DNA of 63,064 nucleotides, the filler included, from an uncultured Synergistales bacterium (GTDB lineage Bacteria > Synergistota > Synergistia > Synergistales > Aminobacteriaceae), in assembly GCA_937897575.1 (NCBI GenBank). It is 5 parts of 5 records of this genome, joined end to end, with 100 filler letters (N's around TTAATTAATTAA, not from the genome) between each part and the next. Parts side by side here need not be neighbours in the genome. Positions count along the whole stretch, not along the records: positions 1 to 17,116 come from CALCQG010000088.1; positions 17,217 to 47,231 come from CALCQG010000089.1; 3 more parts are not named here. The stretch is one strand, 5' to 3'. Positions 9,052 through 18,732 of this stretch are shown in pieces; within the stretch, counting starts at the first letter, position 1, and each line of letters begins with the position of its first letter. The notes under the pieces are model-generated. The model was not told where the DNA came from. It saw only the letters and a list, made by a program, of their open reading frames with translations, and ran no database searches. A program made the translations under genes and the position numbers.

Positions 9052-12000
9052 TTACGAGCTCAGGCCCTTTTCGGATACGAAGGGGCAGTCCAGGCGGTAG
9101 AAGCAGTCCGAGCACCGCGCCGTGACGGGGTCGAAGGGGCCCTGGGCGGCGCGGTGCGCCGTTTCGGCAATGATTCTTCCCTCGTCCTCCCACGTCCCCT
9201 CGGGGGTGAACGGCGCCCCCTCCCGGCCCTCCCGAAGATGGACCAGGCGGATATCCTGGCCTCTGCCGGGGAAGAGCCGCGACGCCGCATAGCCGTAGAA
9301 GGCGAGCTGGGCGTCGTAGAGGGGTTCCCAGGGGCGTTGCCCTCTCAGGTCCGCCGCGGTGATCTTGTAGTCCCGGATGAAGACCGTCCCCTCCTCCTCC
9401 CAGAGCAGGTCCATGGACCCCGTGAGCAGAAGGCCGCCTTCGGACAGCCGGAAGGGGGTCTCCCGCCGGAGGGCCTTCCGGACCGCGAGGTCGGCGAGGC
9501 GAAGGCCGAGGGGTGACGCGGCGAAAGTGTGCAGCCACTGGCCGAGAGCGTCGCGGCTTCGTTCGCTGCGCCACACGGGCCGGAGATCGCCGGGCAGATA
9601 GGCGGGCGGTGACTCGGGGGCGAGAAGGCGTTCGGCCGATTGGGGCAGGAAGTCCCACCGGGCGAGGACCCAGTGGGCGAGAGAGCCCAGGTCGGCGCCC
9701 CCCGGGGCGTCCTCCGCCGGCAGCTCCCACACGAGGGGGAAGCCCTGGCGGTACTTCATGCGCCAGGCGGCGGGGCACCACCGGAACAGGGCGTAGGACG
9801 TGGCGCTCAGCCGCTCCAGGGCGAGGTCCGGGCGAGGAGGGCGGACTCGGCGGATGGTCCTGCCCGAAGGCCCGTCCTCGGGGCCCCGGCCCGTCGGGGC
9901 GGACCGCTCCTCTTCCAGAATAGACGGGTTCGGCCCCAGGAGGTCGAGCCAGGAGCCCGGCGTCGGCCTCGGGACATCGTCCTCGACACCGCAGGGCGAG
10001 CAGAGGATCAGGCTGTCCCGGGCGCGGGTGCAGGCCACGTAGAAGAGGCGCTGCCACTCCTCGCCGTTTTCGCCGTCCTCAAGGAAACGCGCCAGCCTTC
10101 GCGTCTCGTTCTTTTCGCCGCTCCACGCCCCGGGGTAGGACGAGGCCCCCACCCCCAGAAGGGGCGAGGGGAGGAGCACCTCGGTGCCGCCGCCCCCTCC
10201 CGGTCTGTTGTTCAGGTCCATGACGGCGACGACGGGGAACTCGAGCCCCTTGGAGGAGTGCACCGTGAGGACGCGCACCACGTCCTCGTCGTCGGACAGG
10301 GAGGCCGTCTCCTCCACGCTCCCGGGGCGTCCGGCCATGGCCGACAGGGAGGCGGCGCACCCCGCCGCGTCGGGGCCGAAGGCGGCCTCGTACGTCCGCA
10401 CCATGTCCAGCCCCTTCCGGAGGTTCGCGAAGGCCCCCCTGCGCCCCCAGGCGGGCATATGGCGCAGGAAGGACTGATCCCTCAGAAGAAGCAGCAGGGC
10501 CTGGTACAGCCCGCCGCAGACGGCCGTGGCCCTGAGCTCGTCGAGGCGAGTGGCCGCCTCGGGAAAGGCCTGATCGGAGTCGGCCCCCTCGCGGCCCAGG
10601 AGGGTCATGGCCTGGTCCACCGAGAGCCCCGAGAAGGGCGAGCTCATGTAGGCGAGCAGGGCGGCCCTGTCCCCGGGGTTGGCGATGGCCGCGACGGCCG
10701 AGAGCAGATCCCTCGTCTCGCCCCGGGCGAAGTACTGCTTCCCACGTTCGAAGGCCGTCGGGATGCCGAACTCGGGGTACAGGACGTCCTCCAGGGCGGC
10801 GAAGGACGTCCGCGACGGCACGAGGATCGCCATGTCCCCCCACCGGGCGGGGCGGAAGGCCCCCTGCCCCTTGTCCCATACGGGCTGTCCCAGGGAGTTC
10901 AGCAGGTGGCCGGCGAGGGCACGGGCCACCCGCCGCCGGACCGCCCCCACGGTCTCCTTCCTCCCGTCCTCCTCCGAGGGCGTCATGAACAGGCAGGTCA
11001 CCGCGGGCAGGGCCGTCTCCTCGCGCCGTGCCCGAAGCGCGCCGTCGTCGGGGAAGAGGAGCTCCTCGTAGGGCTGGCGAAGCGAGGAGGAGACGCCGTC
11101 GGACCAGAGGCGGCCGAAGAGGTCGTTCGTATGGCCGAGGAGCGCCGGTCGGGAGCGGAAGTTGCTCTGCAGGGGGATGTACCGGACGCCCTCCCCGCTC
11201 CCTTCGATGAGGCCGCCGAAGAGCGTCGGGTCGGCGTGGCGGAACCGGTAGATGGACTGTTTCACGTCCCCCACGAGGAATACCCGGCCCTCCTCTCCGG
11301 CCACCGATCGGATAAGGCTCTCCTGCAGAGGGCTCGTGTCTTGGAATTCGTCCACCAGGACGTCCCGGTAGGTTCGCGCTCGTTCGCCGCTCCCCCGGAC
11401 GGCCGAGGCCGCCACGCGGATCATGTCGTCGAAGGAGAGAAGGCCCCTCCGCCGCCGGAACTCCCGGAAGGTCTCCCAGACCATGGCGGCGGTCCGGAGC
11501 AGGACGCTCCGCAGCCGGAGGTCCTCGGGCAGGAACCCCCGACTCAGGAAGCGGAGGCCGTCCCACAGGGCGGCGCGGCGATCGCGGTAGTCCTTCAGCG
11601 GCTCGCCCAGGAGTTCGGCCAGGGCCTTCCCGCTGCCGCTCGTGCTGCCCGTCAGATTGCCGAGAAGCTCGCCGTGCAGGTCGGCGCAGAAGGCCATGGC
11701 CTCCTCCGGCGTCCCGGCCCGTCGGCCGCCCCACCGGGAGCGGAGGCGGGCCGTTCTCTCCTTGAAGGCCCCTCCGCCCGGCAGCTCCGAGGGCAGGCCG
11801 GGCAGCACCCGCCCAAGCCAGAGGTCCGCCGCCGAAACGGCCGGGGCGCGGAGCAGGGACTCGAGCCGTTCCCTGACCGACTCAATGAAGTCCTCGCGCT
11901 CGGCGCTCTCGGCGAGGGTCTCGGGCGATCCTCCCCGGCTCTCCAGCATGTCCGAGAGGGCCAGTGCGAAGGCGGCCACGCCCTTCGCCCCGTAGGCGTT

Positions 12001-12573
12001 CAGGACATCGGCGAGGTCCTGCTCCCCTCCGCCGAGGAGGGCCTCAAGGCCCCGTCCGGAGGACAGGGCGCGGCGAAACCAGTCCATGTCCATCTCGTCC
12101 AGGGCGTCGGTGCACCGCCGGACGAAGAGGTCCGCCTCGGGCGGCGTCATGGCCCGGGCGGAAAGCCCCGACGGAAGGAAGAGGGCCTCCTCCCGGACGA
12201 TGGCCAGGGCGAAGGAGTGAATCGTGGAGATGGTCGCCTCCTGAAGCTCGGCGGCGGTCGCCGCGAGCAGGGAGCCGTCGGGGTCGAGCACGGGGCGGAG
12301 CTCTGCGAAGAGGGCGCCGATGCGCTCCGCCATCTCCGACGCGGCCTTCTCGGTGAAGGTGAGGGTGAGGATGTCCCTTGGCCGCACTCCCTCCCGGAGC
12401 AGACAGCGGACGAAGCGCCACGCCAGGGTGTGGGTCTTGCCCGTCCCCGCCCCGGCGCCCACGAGGGTGAGGGGGGCGTCGGAGAAGACGGCCTCCCGCT
12501 GGGCCGGAAGCAGGGCCCCCGTCCGTTCGATGTGGTCGCTGAACCGTCGGGTCAGAATGGCCTCACTGCTCAT
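9052..12573 (-). CDS. addA: UvrD-like ATP-dependent helicase/nuclease subunit A (AddA-like)
   Basis: AGAGTGKT, LTFTEKAA.EM, VDEFQD, VGDVKQSIYRFR, NFRS, TVHSSKGLEF, RLFYVACTRA, C-terminal D...DYK nuclease. Confidence 0.9.
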   Translation of the reverse strand: MSSEAILTRRFSDHIERTGALLPAQREAVFSDAPLTLVGAGAGTGKTHTLAWRFVRCLLREGVRPRDILTLTFTEKAASEMAERIGALFAELRPVLDPDGSLLAATAAELQEATISTIHSFALAIVREEALFLPSGLSARAMTPPEADLFVRRCTDALDEMDMDWFRRALSSGRGLEALLGGGEQDLADVLNAYGAKGVAAFALALSDMLESRGGSPETLAESAEREDFIESVRERLESLLRAPAVSAADLWLGRVLPGLPSELPGGGAFKERTARLRSRWGGRRAGTPEEAMAFCADLHGELLGNLTGSTSGSGKALAELLGEPLKDYRDRRAALWDGLRFLSRGFLPEDLRLRSVLLRTAAMVWETFREFRRRRGLLSFDDMIRVAASAVRGSGERARTYRDVLVDEFQDTSPLQESLIRSVAGEEGRVFLVGDVKQSIYRFRHADPTLFGGLIEGSGEGVRYIPLQSNFRSRPALLGHTNDLFGRLWSDGVSSSLRQPYEELLFPDDGALRARREETALPAVTCLFMTPSEEDGRKETVGAVRRRVARALAGHLLNSLGQPVWDKGQGAFRPARWGDMAILVPSRTSFAALEDVLYPEFGIPTAFERGKQYFARGETRDLLSAVAAIANPGDRAALLAYMSSPFSGLSVDQAMTLLGREGADSDQAFPEAATRLDELRATAVCGGLYQALLLLLRDQSFLRHMPAWGRRGAFANLRKGLDMVRTYEAAFGPDAAGCAASLSAMAGRPGSVEETASLSDDEDVVRVLTVHSSKGLEFPVVAVMDLNNRPGGGGGTEVLLPSPLLGVGASSYPGAWSGEKNETRRLARFLEDGENGEEWQRLFYVACTRARDSLILCSPCGVEDDVPRPTPGSWLDLLGPNPSILEEERSAPTGRGPEDGPSGRTIRRVRPPRPDLALERLSATSYALFRWCPAAWRMKYRQGFPLVWELPAEDAPGGADLGSLAHWVLARWDFLPQSAERLLAPESPPAYLPGDLRPVWRSERSRDALGQWLHTFAASPLGLRLADLAVRKALRRETPFRLSEGGLLLTGSMDLLWEEEGTVFIRDYKITAADLRGQRPWEPLYDAQLAFYGYAASRLFPGRGQDIRLVHLREGREGAPFTPEGTWEDEGRIIAETAHRAAQGPFDPVTARCSDCFYRLDCPFVSEKGLSS

Positions 12574-15409
12574 CGCCGTCCTCCTCCTCGTCGGGAGCGC
12601 GGAAATCCCCCCGCCGGCAGAGGGCGGGGTAGGGGCACCATCGACACTGCGGCGAGTCGTAGTTCGGCGGGAAGAGGCCGGAGGCGAAGGAGCGGGCGGT
12701 CCTCTGCAGGGCTTCGAGGGCCGAGTTTTTCCTGTCGTCCAAGTTGCCGGCGAACTTCCATGGGGCCAGGGTGGCCTTGAGGTCCTCGTGGACGGCGCCC
12801 GTCACGCCCGAATCCTTCAGCGTGAGGTAACCCCACCCGGCTACGGGGCGTCCCGCCCTCTCGAGGGCCAGGGCGTAGGCCGGAAGCTGGAGGGACCCCC
12901 TGAGGCGGTCCTTCGCGCCGGACTTGTAGTCGAAGAGCAGGGCGCGGCCGTCGGACAGCAGGTCCATCCGGTCGCACCGCCCTCTGCAGGGGAGCCCGTC
13001 CACGGCGAAGTCGGGCAGGGGCTCCTCCCTGGACTGGCCGTCCCGAAGCCCCGCCAGCACGCCGTCCATCTCGTCCTGAAGGTGCGCCAGGGCGCGGACC
13101 TGCTCCCTCAGGCGCTCTCGGTGCCGTTCCAGCCTCGGGTCAAAGAGCAGGGCGGCATACTCCCGCGTCGCCACGGACTCGAAGAGGTCCGGCGTGACGG
13201 CGGAGAGCGGCCGTCCCGACTCGATCCGCTCCTCCCAGGCGATCTGCCAGAGCTTGTGGACTGCATTCCCGGCCAGATCGGGCCGGAAGCGGTCCTCGCA
13301 GGGCGGTTCGATCCCGCTCACATACCGGCAGTAGAAGAAGAAGGCGCAGGCCGCGTAGTCGTCCAGAGCGCTCAGCGGAAAGGCCCGTTCCCCGGGCAGG
13401 GGGAGGGGGACCGCCGCCGGGTTGCCCCGGGAGAGGCCGAGGGGGTGCCCCTCCCGCTCTCCGTACTCCACGCCGTCGATCACAGCGGTGCCCCCCGGCG
13501 AAAGCAGTTCGCCGAGAGGCCGCCGCAGCTCCTCCGTCGCCTGGAGGAACCAGGGGCGAGGGCCCCCGGCGAGGGTTTCCGCGAAGGGGGAGGGGGGGAG
13601 GGGTCGCCCGTTTTCGTCGGACAGAGGGCGGACCAGGATGCACAGGTCCTCGCCGCCGGCCGTCAGCCGCCGGAAGAGGGCCTCCCGCTGAAGCCGCTTC
13701 TCCGGGACGAGGGGCAGATGGCTCCGGCCGAGGCCGAGGGCCGGGTTCTCGTGCAGGGCCCTCCGGCGTTCGTCGTCCAGGAGGGGCGATTGGCGCACCT
13801 GCCCGGGCCACTGCTTGCCCGTGGCGCCGAGAAGAATCCAGACCGCGGCCGAGGCGAGCACCGGCGGATTGCCCGGGTGGAGCGCCACGGCGGGCGAGAG
13901 GGGGCTCTCGCGCCAGATGGTCCCGGTGTCGGCCCACTGGGCGAGAAAGGCCATGGCCTCGTCGCCCGAGAGGACGGCCCGCCCCGCGTCGCCCAGATCC
14001 CTCCGGAGGTCCCGGAGGGCGTCGGCCTTGTCCCCGGCCTCCTGGGCCGCGAGGACCACGGAGCGCATACTGCGGTCCAGTGCCGGGTACTCCGCGATGC
14101 GGGGCAGAATCGCCTTCCACTCCTCCCGGCCCGGCGCCAGGTCTCTCAGGGCGTCCAGAAGCTCCTCGGGGCGTCCGCCTCCGGCGATGCGGTCCGTGAA
14201 CCGAAGGGCGCGGGCGAAGGCCGCCGAACCCGAGGCGGCGGGGTGTTCGGCCAGAAAGGCGCTCCACTCCGTCCTGCCTGCGGGGAGCCGCCCGGCGAAG
14301 GCCGTACGCGGGAAGGTGAAGGGGGCGAAGAGGAGCCCCGAGAGCAGGTCCGCCGTCTCGCGGGCGGGCCAGCGTTCGCCGGTGAGGTCTCTGGCCCGGA
14401 GGGCGGAGGTCCAGAGCATCGTCTCGGAGAAGGGGAGCCCGTCCTGCATGGAGAAGGGCACGCCGTACCGGTCGAAGCTCTCCGCAGCCGAGGCGGCGTC
14501 GTCCGGTCCGCCGCTCGCGGCGATGGCGTCCCACCCGGGGAAGTCCATCCCTGTGGCCGAGGGCAGAAAGCCTTCGCCCAGGGACCAGAGGACGAGCTCT
14601 CTGGCCAGCGTGTCCGTGGACAAGCACCGGTCGCCCGCGGCGATGGCGACGAAGGGGCGGCGCTCCGCCGATTCCGTCGCGGGGACGACGGTTGCCTCGG
14701 GGAACTGGTCCAGGGCGGTGTAGAAGTCCCCTTCGCCGCAGGTGGGGACCCAGAGCTCAAGGTCGGCGCCCGCCTCGGCGAGCCCCCTGAGGAGGCGGAG
14801 CTGACCCGACGCGAAGCTGAGGAAGCCCACGGCCCTGAGACGAAGCGTCGCCGCCCACGCCCGACCCTGAGGGGCCTCCCGAAGGAGCCGCTCCCCGAGG
14901 GCGGGAATCTGGGCGCTGTCCGCCAGCCCCTCTCGATCCAGGAGGGACTGGTAGTCGCCGTAGAGCCGGCAGAGCAACCCCGCCTCGTCGGCGAGGTTGG
15001 GGCACCTCTCCGACGGGCAGCCCGGGCAGCCGATGGCGGCGGCCAGCTCCTCCCGGGGCACGTCCTCCCGGAGCAGCTCCCGGACGGCCTCGCCCGCCAG
15101 GCCGAGGAACGCCGGAGAACCCGTCCCTTCGGGCATGGCCGCTCCCGCCTCCTCCCTGAGCCGCGAGACCACGAAGCGGAGCAGCAGCCAATGGTCCGGC
15201 GGGTCGATCTGCACCCTCACCTTCCTGGGCGGGCAGGCCTCCACGAGGCCTCGGTACAGGTCGTCCCAGATCCACATCGGGGGACGCCCGTCCATCTCCC
15301 CCCCGGCGAGGATATCCCGCAGCAGCCCCTTGTCCCTGTTGGAGGGCACGAGAAAGACGACGTCCTTGTCCTTCGCCGCCAGACGCAGATCGCCCCCTAT
15401 GTCGCCCAT
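12563..15409 (-). CDS. addB: AddB-like PD-(D/E)XK nuclease subunit (start uncertain, may extend to ~15433-15439)
   Basis: Overlaps addA; GNAVH, GRCDRMD...LFDYKSG, CRWCPYPALC Fe-S staple. Confidence 0.8.
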   Translation of the reverse strand: MGDIGGDLRLAAKDKDVVFLVPSNRDKGLLRDILAGGEMDGRPPMWIWDDLYRGLVEACPPRKVRVQIDPPDHWLLLRFVVSRLREEAGAAMPEGTGSPAFLGLAGEAVRELLREDVPREELAAAIGCPGCPSERCPNLADEAGLLCRLYGDYQSLLDREGLADSAQIPALGERLLREAPQGRAWAATLRLRAVGFLSFASGQLRLLRGLAEAGADLELWVPTCGEGDFYTALDQFPEATVVPATESAERRPFVAIAAGDRCLSTDTLARELVLWSLGEGFLPSATGMDFPGWDAIAASGGPDDAASAAESFDRYGVPFSMQDGLPFSETMLWTSALRARDLTGERWPARETADLLSGLLFAPFTFPRTAFAGRLPAGRTEWSAFLAEHPAASGSAAFARALRFTDRIAGGGRPEELLDALRDLAPGREEWKAILPRIAEYPALDRSMRSVVLAAQEAGDKADALRDLRRDLGDAGRAVLSGDEAMAFLAQWADTGTIWRESPLSPAVALHPGNPPVLASAAVWILLGATGKQWPGQVRQSPLLDDERRRALHENPALGLGRSHLPLVPEKRLQREALFRRLTAGGEDLCILVRPLSDENGRPLPPSPFAETLAGGPRPWFLQATEELRRPLGELLSPGGTAVIDGVEYGEREGHPLGLSRGNPAAVPLPLPGERAFPLSALDDYAACAFFFYCRYVSGIEPPCEDRFRPDLAGNAVHKLWQIAWEERIESGRPLSAVTPDLFESVATREYAALLFDPRLERHRERLREQVRALAHLQDEMDGVLAGLRDGQSREEPLPDFAVDGLPCRGRCDRMDLLSDGRALLFDYKSGAKDRLRGSLQLPAYALALERAGRPVAGWGYLTLKDSGVTGAVHEDLKATLAPWKFAGNLDDRKNSALEALQRTARSFASGLFPPNYDSPQCRWCPYPALCRRGDFRAPDEEEDGDEQ

Positions 15410-15463
15410 GGTGCGGTACGGGTGGAGAATCAGGCCAATCGCCCCCTCAGGATCAGTAAAATT

Positions 15464-15498
15464 AGTGTAGCATACCCCCCACCCCGCCGTGGTACACT
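15464..15498. promoter_or_regulatory. Divergent extended -10 promoters (addB and 15532 gene)
   Basis: TGcTACACT on the minus strand (15464-15472) and TGgTACACT on the plus strand (15490-15498). Confidence 0.45.
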
Positions 15499-15531
15499 GA
15501 CGGCAAGAAACCATCCGAAGGAGGAATGCTC

Positions 15532-15900
15532 ATGCAAAGGACAGGATTGCGGCGCGGTCTGTTCGTCGCGCTGCTGGCAGTGATTCTCGCGGCGTCCGTC
15601 GCCGCGGCCGCCCCGCTGACGCTGGAGTTCACCCCCGAAGCCCGGGAAAAGCTCGTCTCCATGAAGGACCTCACGCTGGAGTGGGCCACCTATATGAACA
15701 CCTGAGGGGAGGAGCCGTCCGCTCTCGTCGGGAGCGGCCTGCCCAAGTACCCCGATCAGTTCTTCCCCCTGAAGGACGCCTCGGGCGCGATCACGATCCT
15801 CGTGCCCAAAACCATGACCTTCGAGGGCGACCGTGTGTTCATCGAGCACTTCACCTACCGGGGCCGGGACATGTTCATCTGCAGGACGGTGCGGCACTGA
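15532..15900 (+). CDS. Putative exported selenoprotein (Sec at UGA 15703-15705), HesB/CC-Se-motif-like, 122 aa
   Basis: AAGGAGG RBS, signal peptide (..LLAVILAASVAAA|APL), in-frame TGA, GC3-rich frame continuing to TGA 15898, SECIS-like hairpin. Confidence 0.75.
15706..15744 (+). promoter_or_regulatory. Bacterial SECIS-like element
   Basis: CCGCTCTC-GTC-GGGAGCGG upper stem with loop G ~22 nt after UGA; lower stem GGGGAGG/CCTGCCC. Confidence 0.65.
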
Positions 15901-15930
15901 CGCCGAAGGACTTCAGTCCGCAGGGACAAA

Positions 15931-15959
15931 GCGGGGAGGGCCCCATCGGCTCTCCCCGC
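15931..15959 (+). terminator. Hairpin after 15532-15900 gene
   Basis: GCGGGGAGGGCC-ccatc-GGCTCTCCCCGC. Confidence 0.55.
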
Positions 15960-16059
15960 TCTGTCCCGCCTGCTTTGCTTTCGGCGGGTTATGGGGTACC
16001 ATCGAAAGGTATGAAAACGACAAAAGAGAATCGTGAGAATGGAAACGGGGGATGCCGCC

Positions 16060-16698
16060 ATGTTTCTCCACGCGCTGTTCGACTTCGACATGACCCTGGT
16101 GGACTCGAGCTACGCCATCAGGGACACCATGAACCTTCTCGCCCAGCGGGAGGGGCTGTCCCCCGTGACGAGGGAGCAGGTGCTCTCGGTGATCGGACTC
16201 CCGATCCGGGAGTCCTGGGTCGTTCTGTGGGGCCGGTTCCATGAGGACTGGCTCACGGGGTACCGGGAGATCTTCCGGGAGCGGGAGTTCGCCGGGATCG
16301 TCCCCTTCCGGGGCACCGTCGGCCTTCTCGACGAATTGACCAGGCGGGGGGTGGGCCTCGGCGTGGCGTCGAACCGCCAGGACCCCCGGCCCGTGCTCAA
16401 GGCCACGGGGCTCGACGGGTACTTCCGAGCCGTGGTGGGGACGGAGGACGTCGAACACCCCAAGCCGGCGCCCGACATGATCCTGAAGGGCCTTCGGGAC
16501 CTCGGCGGGACGACGGACAGCACCCTCTTCGTGGGCGACACCCTGGACGACATGGTTTCGGCGAAGGCCGCCTCCGTCCGGGCTGTGGGGCTCACCACGG
16601 GCAACTTCGCGCCCGACGAGCTGAAGCGCGCGGGGGCCTGGCGGGTCGTGGACGACATCGGGGACATCCTGCCCCTCTTCCCCGAGGAGAAGTCATGA
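16060..16698 (+). CDS. HAD-family hydrolase (phosphoglycolate phosphatase-like)
   Basis: [26 protein letters not shown] motifs. Confidence 0.92.
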   Translation: MFLHALFDFDMTLVDSSYAIRDTMNLLAQREGLSPVTREQVLSVIGLPIRESWVVLWGRFHEDWLTGYREIFREREFAGIVPFRGTVGLLDELTRRGVGLGVASNRQDPRPVLKATGLDGYFRAVVGTEDVEHPKPAPDMILKGLRDLGGTTDSTLFVGDTLDDMVSAKAASVRAVGLTTGNFAPDELKRAGAWRVVDDIGDILPLFPEEKS

Positions 16699-17099
16699 CG
16701 AACCGCCTCGCCCGCGAGCCGTCGCCCTATCTTCGCCAGCACGCCGACAACCCCGTGGACTGGTACCCCTGGGGCGACGAGGCCTTCCGGAAGGCCCGGG
16801 AGGAGGACAAGCCGCTCTTCGTCTCCGTGGGGTACGCCACGTGCCACTGGTGCCACGTCATGGAGCGGGAATCCTTCGGCGACGACGAGGCGGCCGCGCT
16901 GCTCAACGACGTCTGCGTCCCCGTGAAGGTGGACCGGGAGGAGCGTCCCGACGTGGACGGCCTCCTCATGGCCGTATCGCAGGTCATGAACGGCAGCGGC
17001 GGCTGGCCTCTCAACGTCCTGCTGACGCCCGCCGGCCTCCCCTTCTTCGCCGCCACCTATCTGCCGAAACGGGACCTCCGCGCTTGCCTATGGTCTTGA
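16695..17099 (+). pseudogene. YyaL/DUF255 thioredoxin-domain protein, truncated after N-terminal domain
   Basis: [47 protein letters not shown]; the family is normally far longer; homology ends ~17072, near the contig end. Confidence 0.7.
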
Positions 17100-17116
17100 G
17101 AAAAAAGAAAACGAAA

Positions 17117-17216
17117 NNNNNNNNNNNNNNNNNNNNNNNNNNNNNNNNNNNNNNNNNNNNTTAATTAATTAANNNNNNNNNNNNNNNNNNNNNNNNNNNN
17201 NNNNNNNNNNNNNNNN
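17117..17216. other. Assembly gap / artificial linker
   Basis: N run with TTAATTAATTAA. Confidence 0.98.
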
Positions 17217-18625
17217 GCCTTGTACGCCGCAAAGAATGGGGCCATGGCCGGGTCCTCCGGCGCAACGTGGTTGATCCAGTAAGAGCCCTCCATGGCGCTC
17301 CCGGCGATCTCCCACATGAACTCGCCGTAGCCGTCGCCGCCCACGAAGACGATGTCCTTCAGGCCGAGCTCGCGGGCCTGCTTCATGATGAGGGCCATCT
17401 CCTTGCCCATGTTCGGCAGGATCAGGACGTCGGCGCCCTTGTCCCGGATCTCCGTAATCTGGGCGCGGAAGTCCACGTCCTGACCCGCCCGGAACCCGAG
17501 GTCCGCCACGACCCGGCCGCCGTACTCACCGTAGCTCTTCATGAAGAACTCGCGAAGACCCTGTGAGTAGTCGCTGCCCACGTCATAGAGGATGGCGGCG
17601 GTCATCTTCTTCAGCTCGACGGCCGCGAAGTTGGCGATGAGTTTGCCCTGGTAGGGATCGGTGAAGCAGATCCTGAAGGAGTACGGGCGGACGGCGCCCT
17701 TCTCGTCCACGGTGACCAGGGGATTCGTGGTGACCGTCCCGATCTGGGATACACCGGCGTGATTGACCACCGGGGCCGTGGCGATGTTGATGCCGCTGCC
17801 GTTGCAGCCCACTATGATCGATACCTTATCCTGCTCGATCATCCGACGGACGGCGTTCACGGCGTCCTCCGCCCTGGTCCGGAAGTCGTAGGGGATGAGC
17901 TCGATGGTCAGCCCGCCCGCGCCGCCGGAGGCGTTGATCTCCTCCACAGCCAGGGTCGCCGCCCGCACCTCCGTCTGACCGTAGGCGGCCCAGTCGCCCG
18001 TCATGGCGGCCAGGTACCCCACCTTCACCACACCCTTGGAGGGCTCGGCGGAGGGTGCCGTCGCCGCAGCCACTCCGGCTGCCGCACCAGCCGCGGCCGG
18101 AACGGTCGCATCCGCCGAGGCGACGAGGCTCTTCGCCTCACCGGCTGCCGGAGCCGTCACCTGAGGGGCCACGGGGACATCGGGGGACGCAACGGCCGGT
18201 GCAGACGCTGCCGGCACATCGGACGAGGCGACGGTGCCCTGCACGGCCTCTTTCACCGCTTCGACGGTCTCCGCCGTCTTCTCCTTCACCTCGGCGACCG
18301 TCTCCTGGACGACCTCTTTCGTCGCTGCCGCCACCTCGACGGCCTTGTCCTTCGCGTCGGCGGCCAGATCCTTGGCGGCCTCCGTCGCCGCGCCGGCGGC
18401 TTCGGTCACCGTCTCCTTAACCTCGGCGGCCTTGTCCGCAGCAGCCTCCTTCACTGCGTCAACAGCCTCGCTGACCTCTTTCTTCACATCCGGTTTGTCG
18501 GGGGATACCGTGGTCTCCTGCTTCGTCGGTTCCTTGGGGGGTTCGACCGTCTGTTTCTGCTGCGTCATGAAGTACCCTACGATAATGATGAGCACCGCCA
18601 GAGCAATGATCCAATTGCGTTTCAT
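17217..18625 (-). CDS. Branched-chain amino acid ABC substrate-binding protein (LivJ-like) with long N-terminal Ala/Glu/Lys-rich stalk; 3' end in gap
   Basis: VKVGYLAAMTG..AAYG, AVEEINASGG, FRICFTDPYQG, DFRAQIT. Confidence 0.88.
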
Positions 18626-18732
18626 CGCCTGCCACCTCCTGAGAGAATGCCTATCAACCCTACGTTATTGTACTACGACATCGCCCGTTCCACCCAGCAG
18701 ACCGCCATAGTGTGGAACGTATACAAACAGGG

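Noticed and set aside
9052..15409. Cas4-type or anti-phage helicase-nuclease system
   Set aside because: Architecture and order fit housekeeping AddAB-type repair; no CRISPR or defence context
15681..16244. 187-aa ORF from the track
   Set aside because: Arg/Pro-rich off-frame product overlapping the better-supported selenoprotein and HAD frames
17161..17172. TTAATTAATTAA motif repeated four times within N runs
   Set aside because: Artificial contig linker with stops in all frames, not biological
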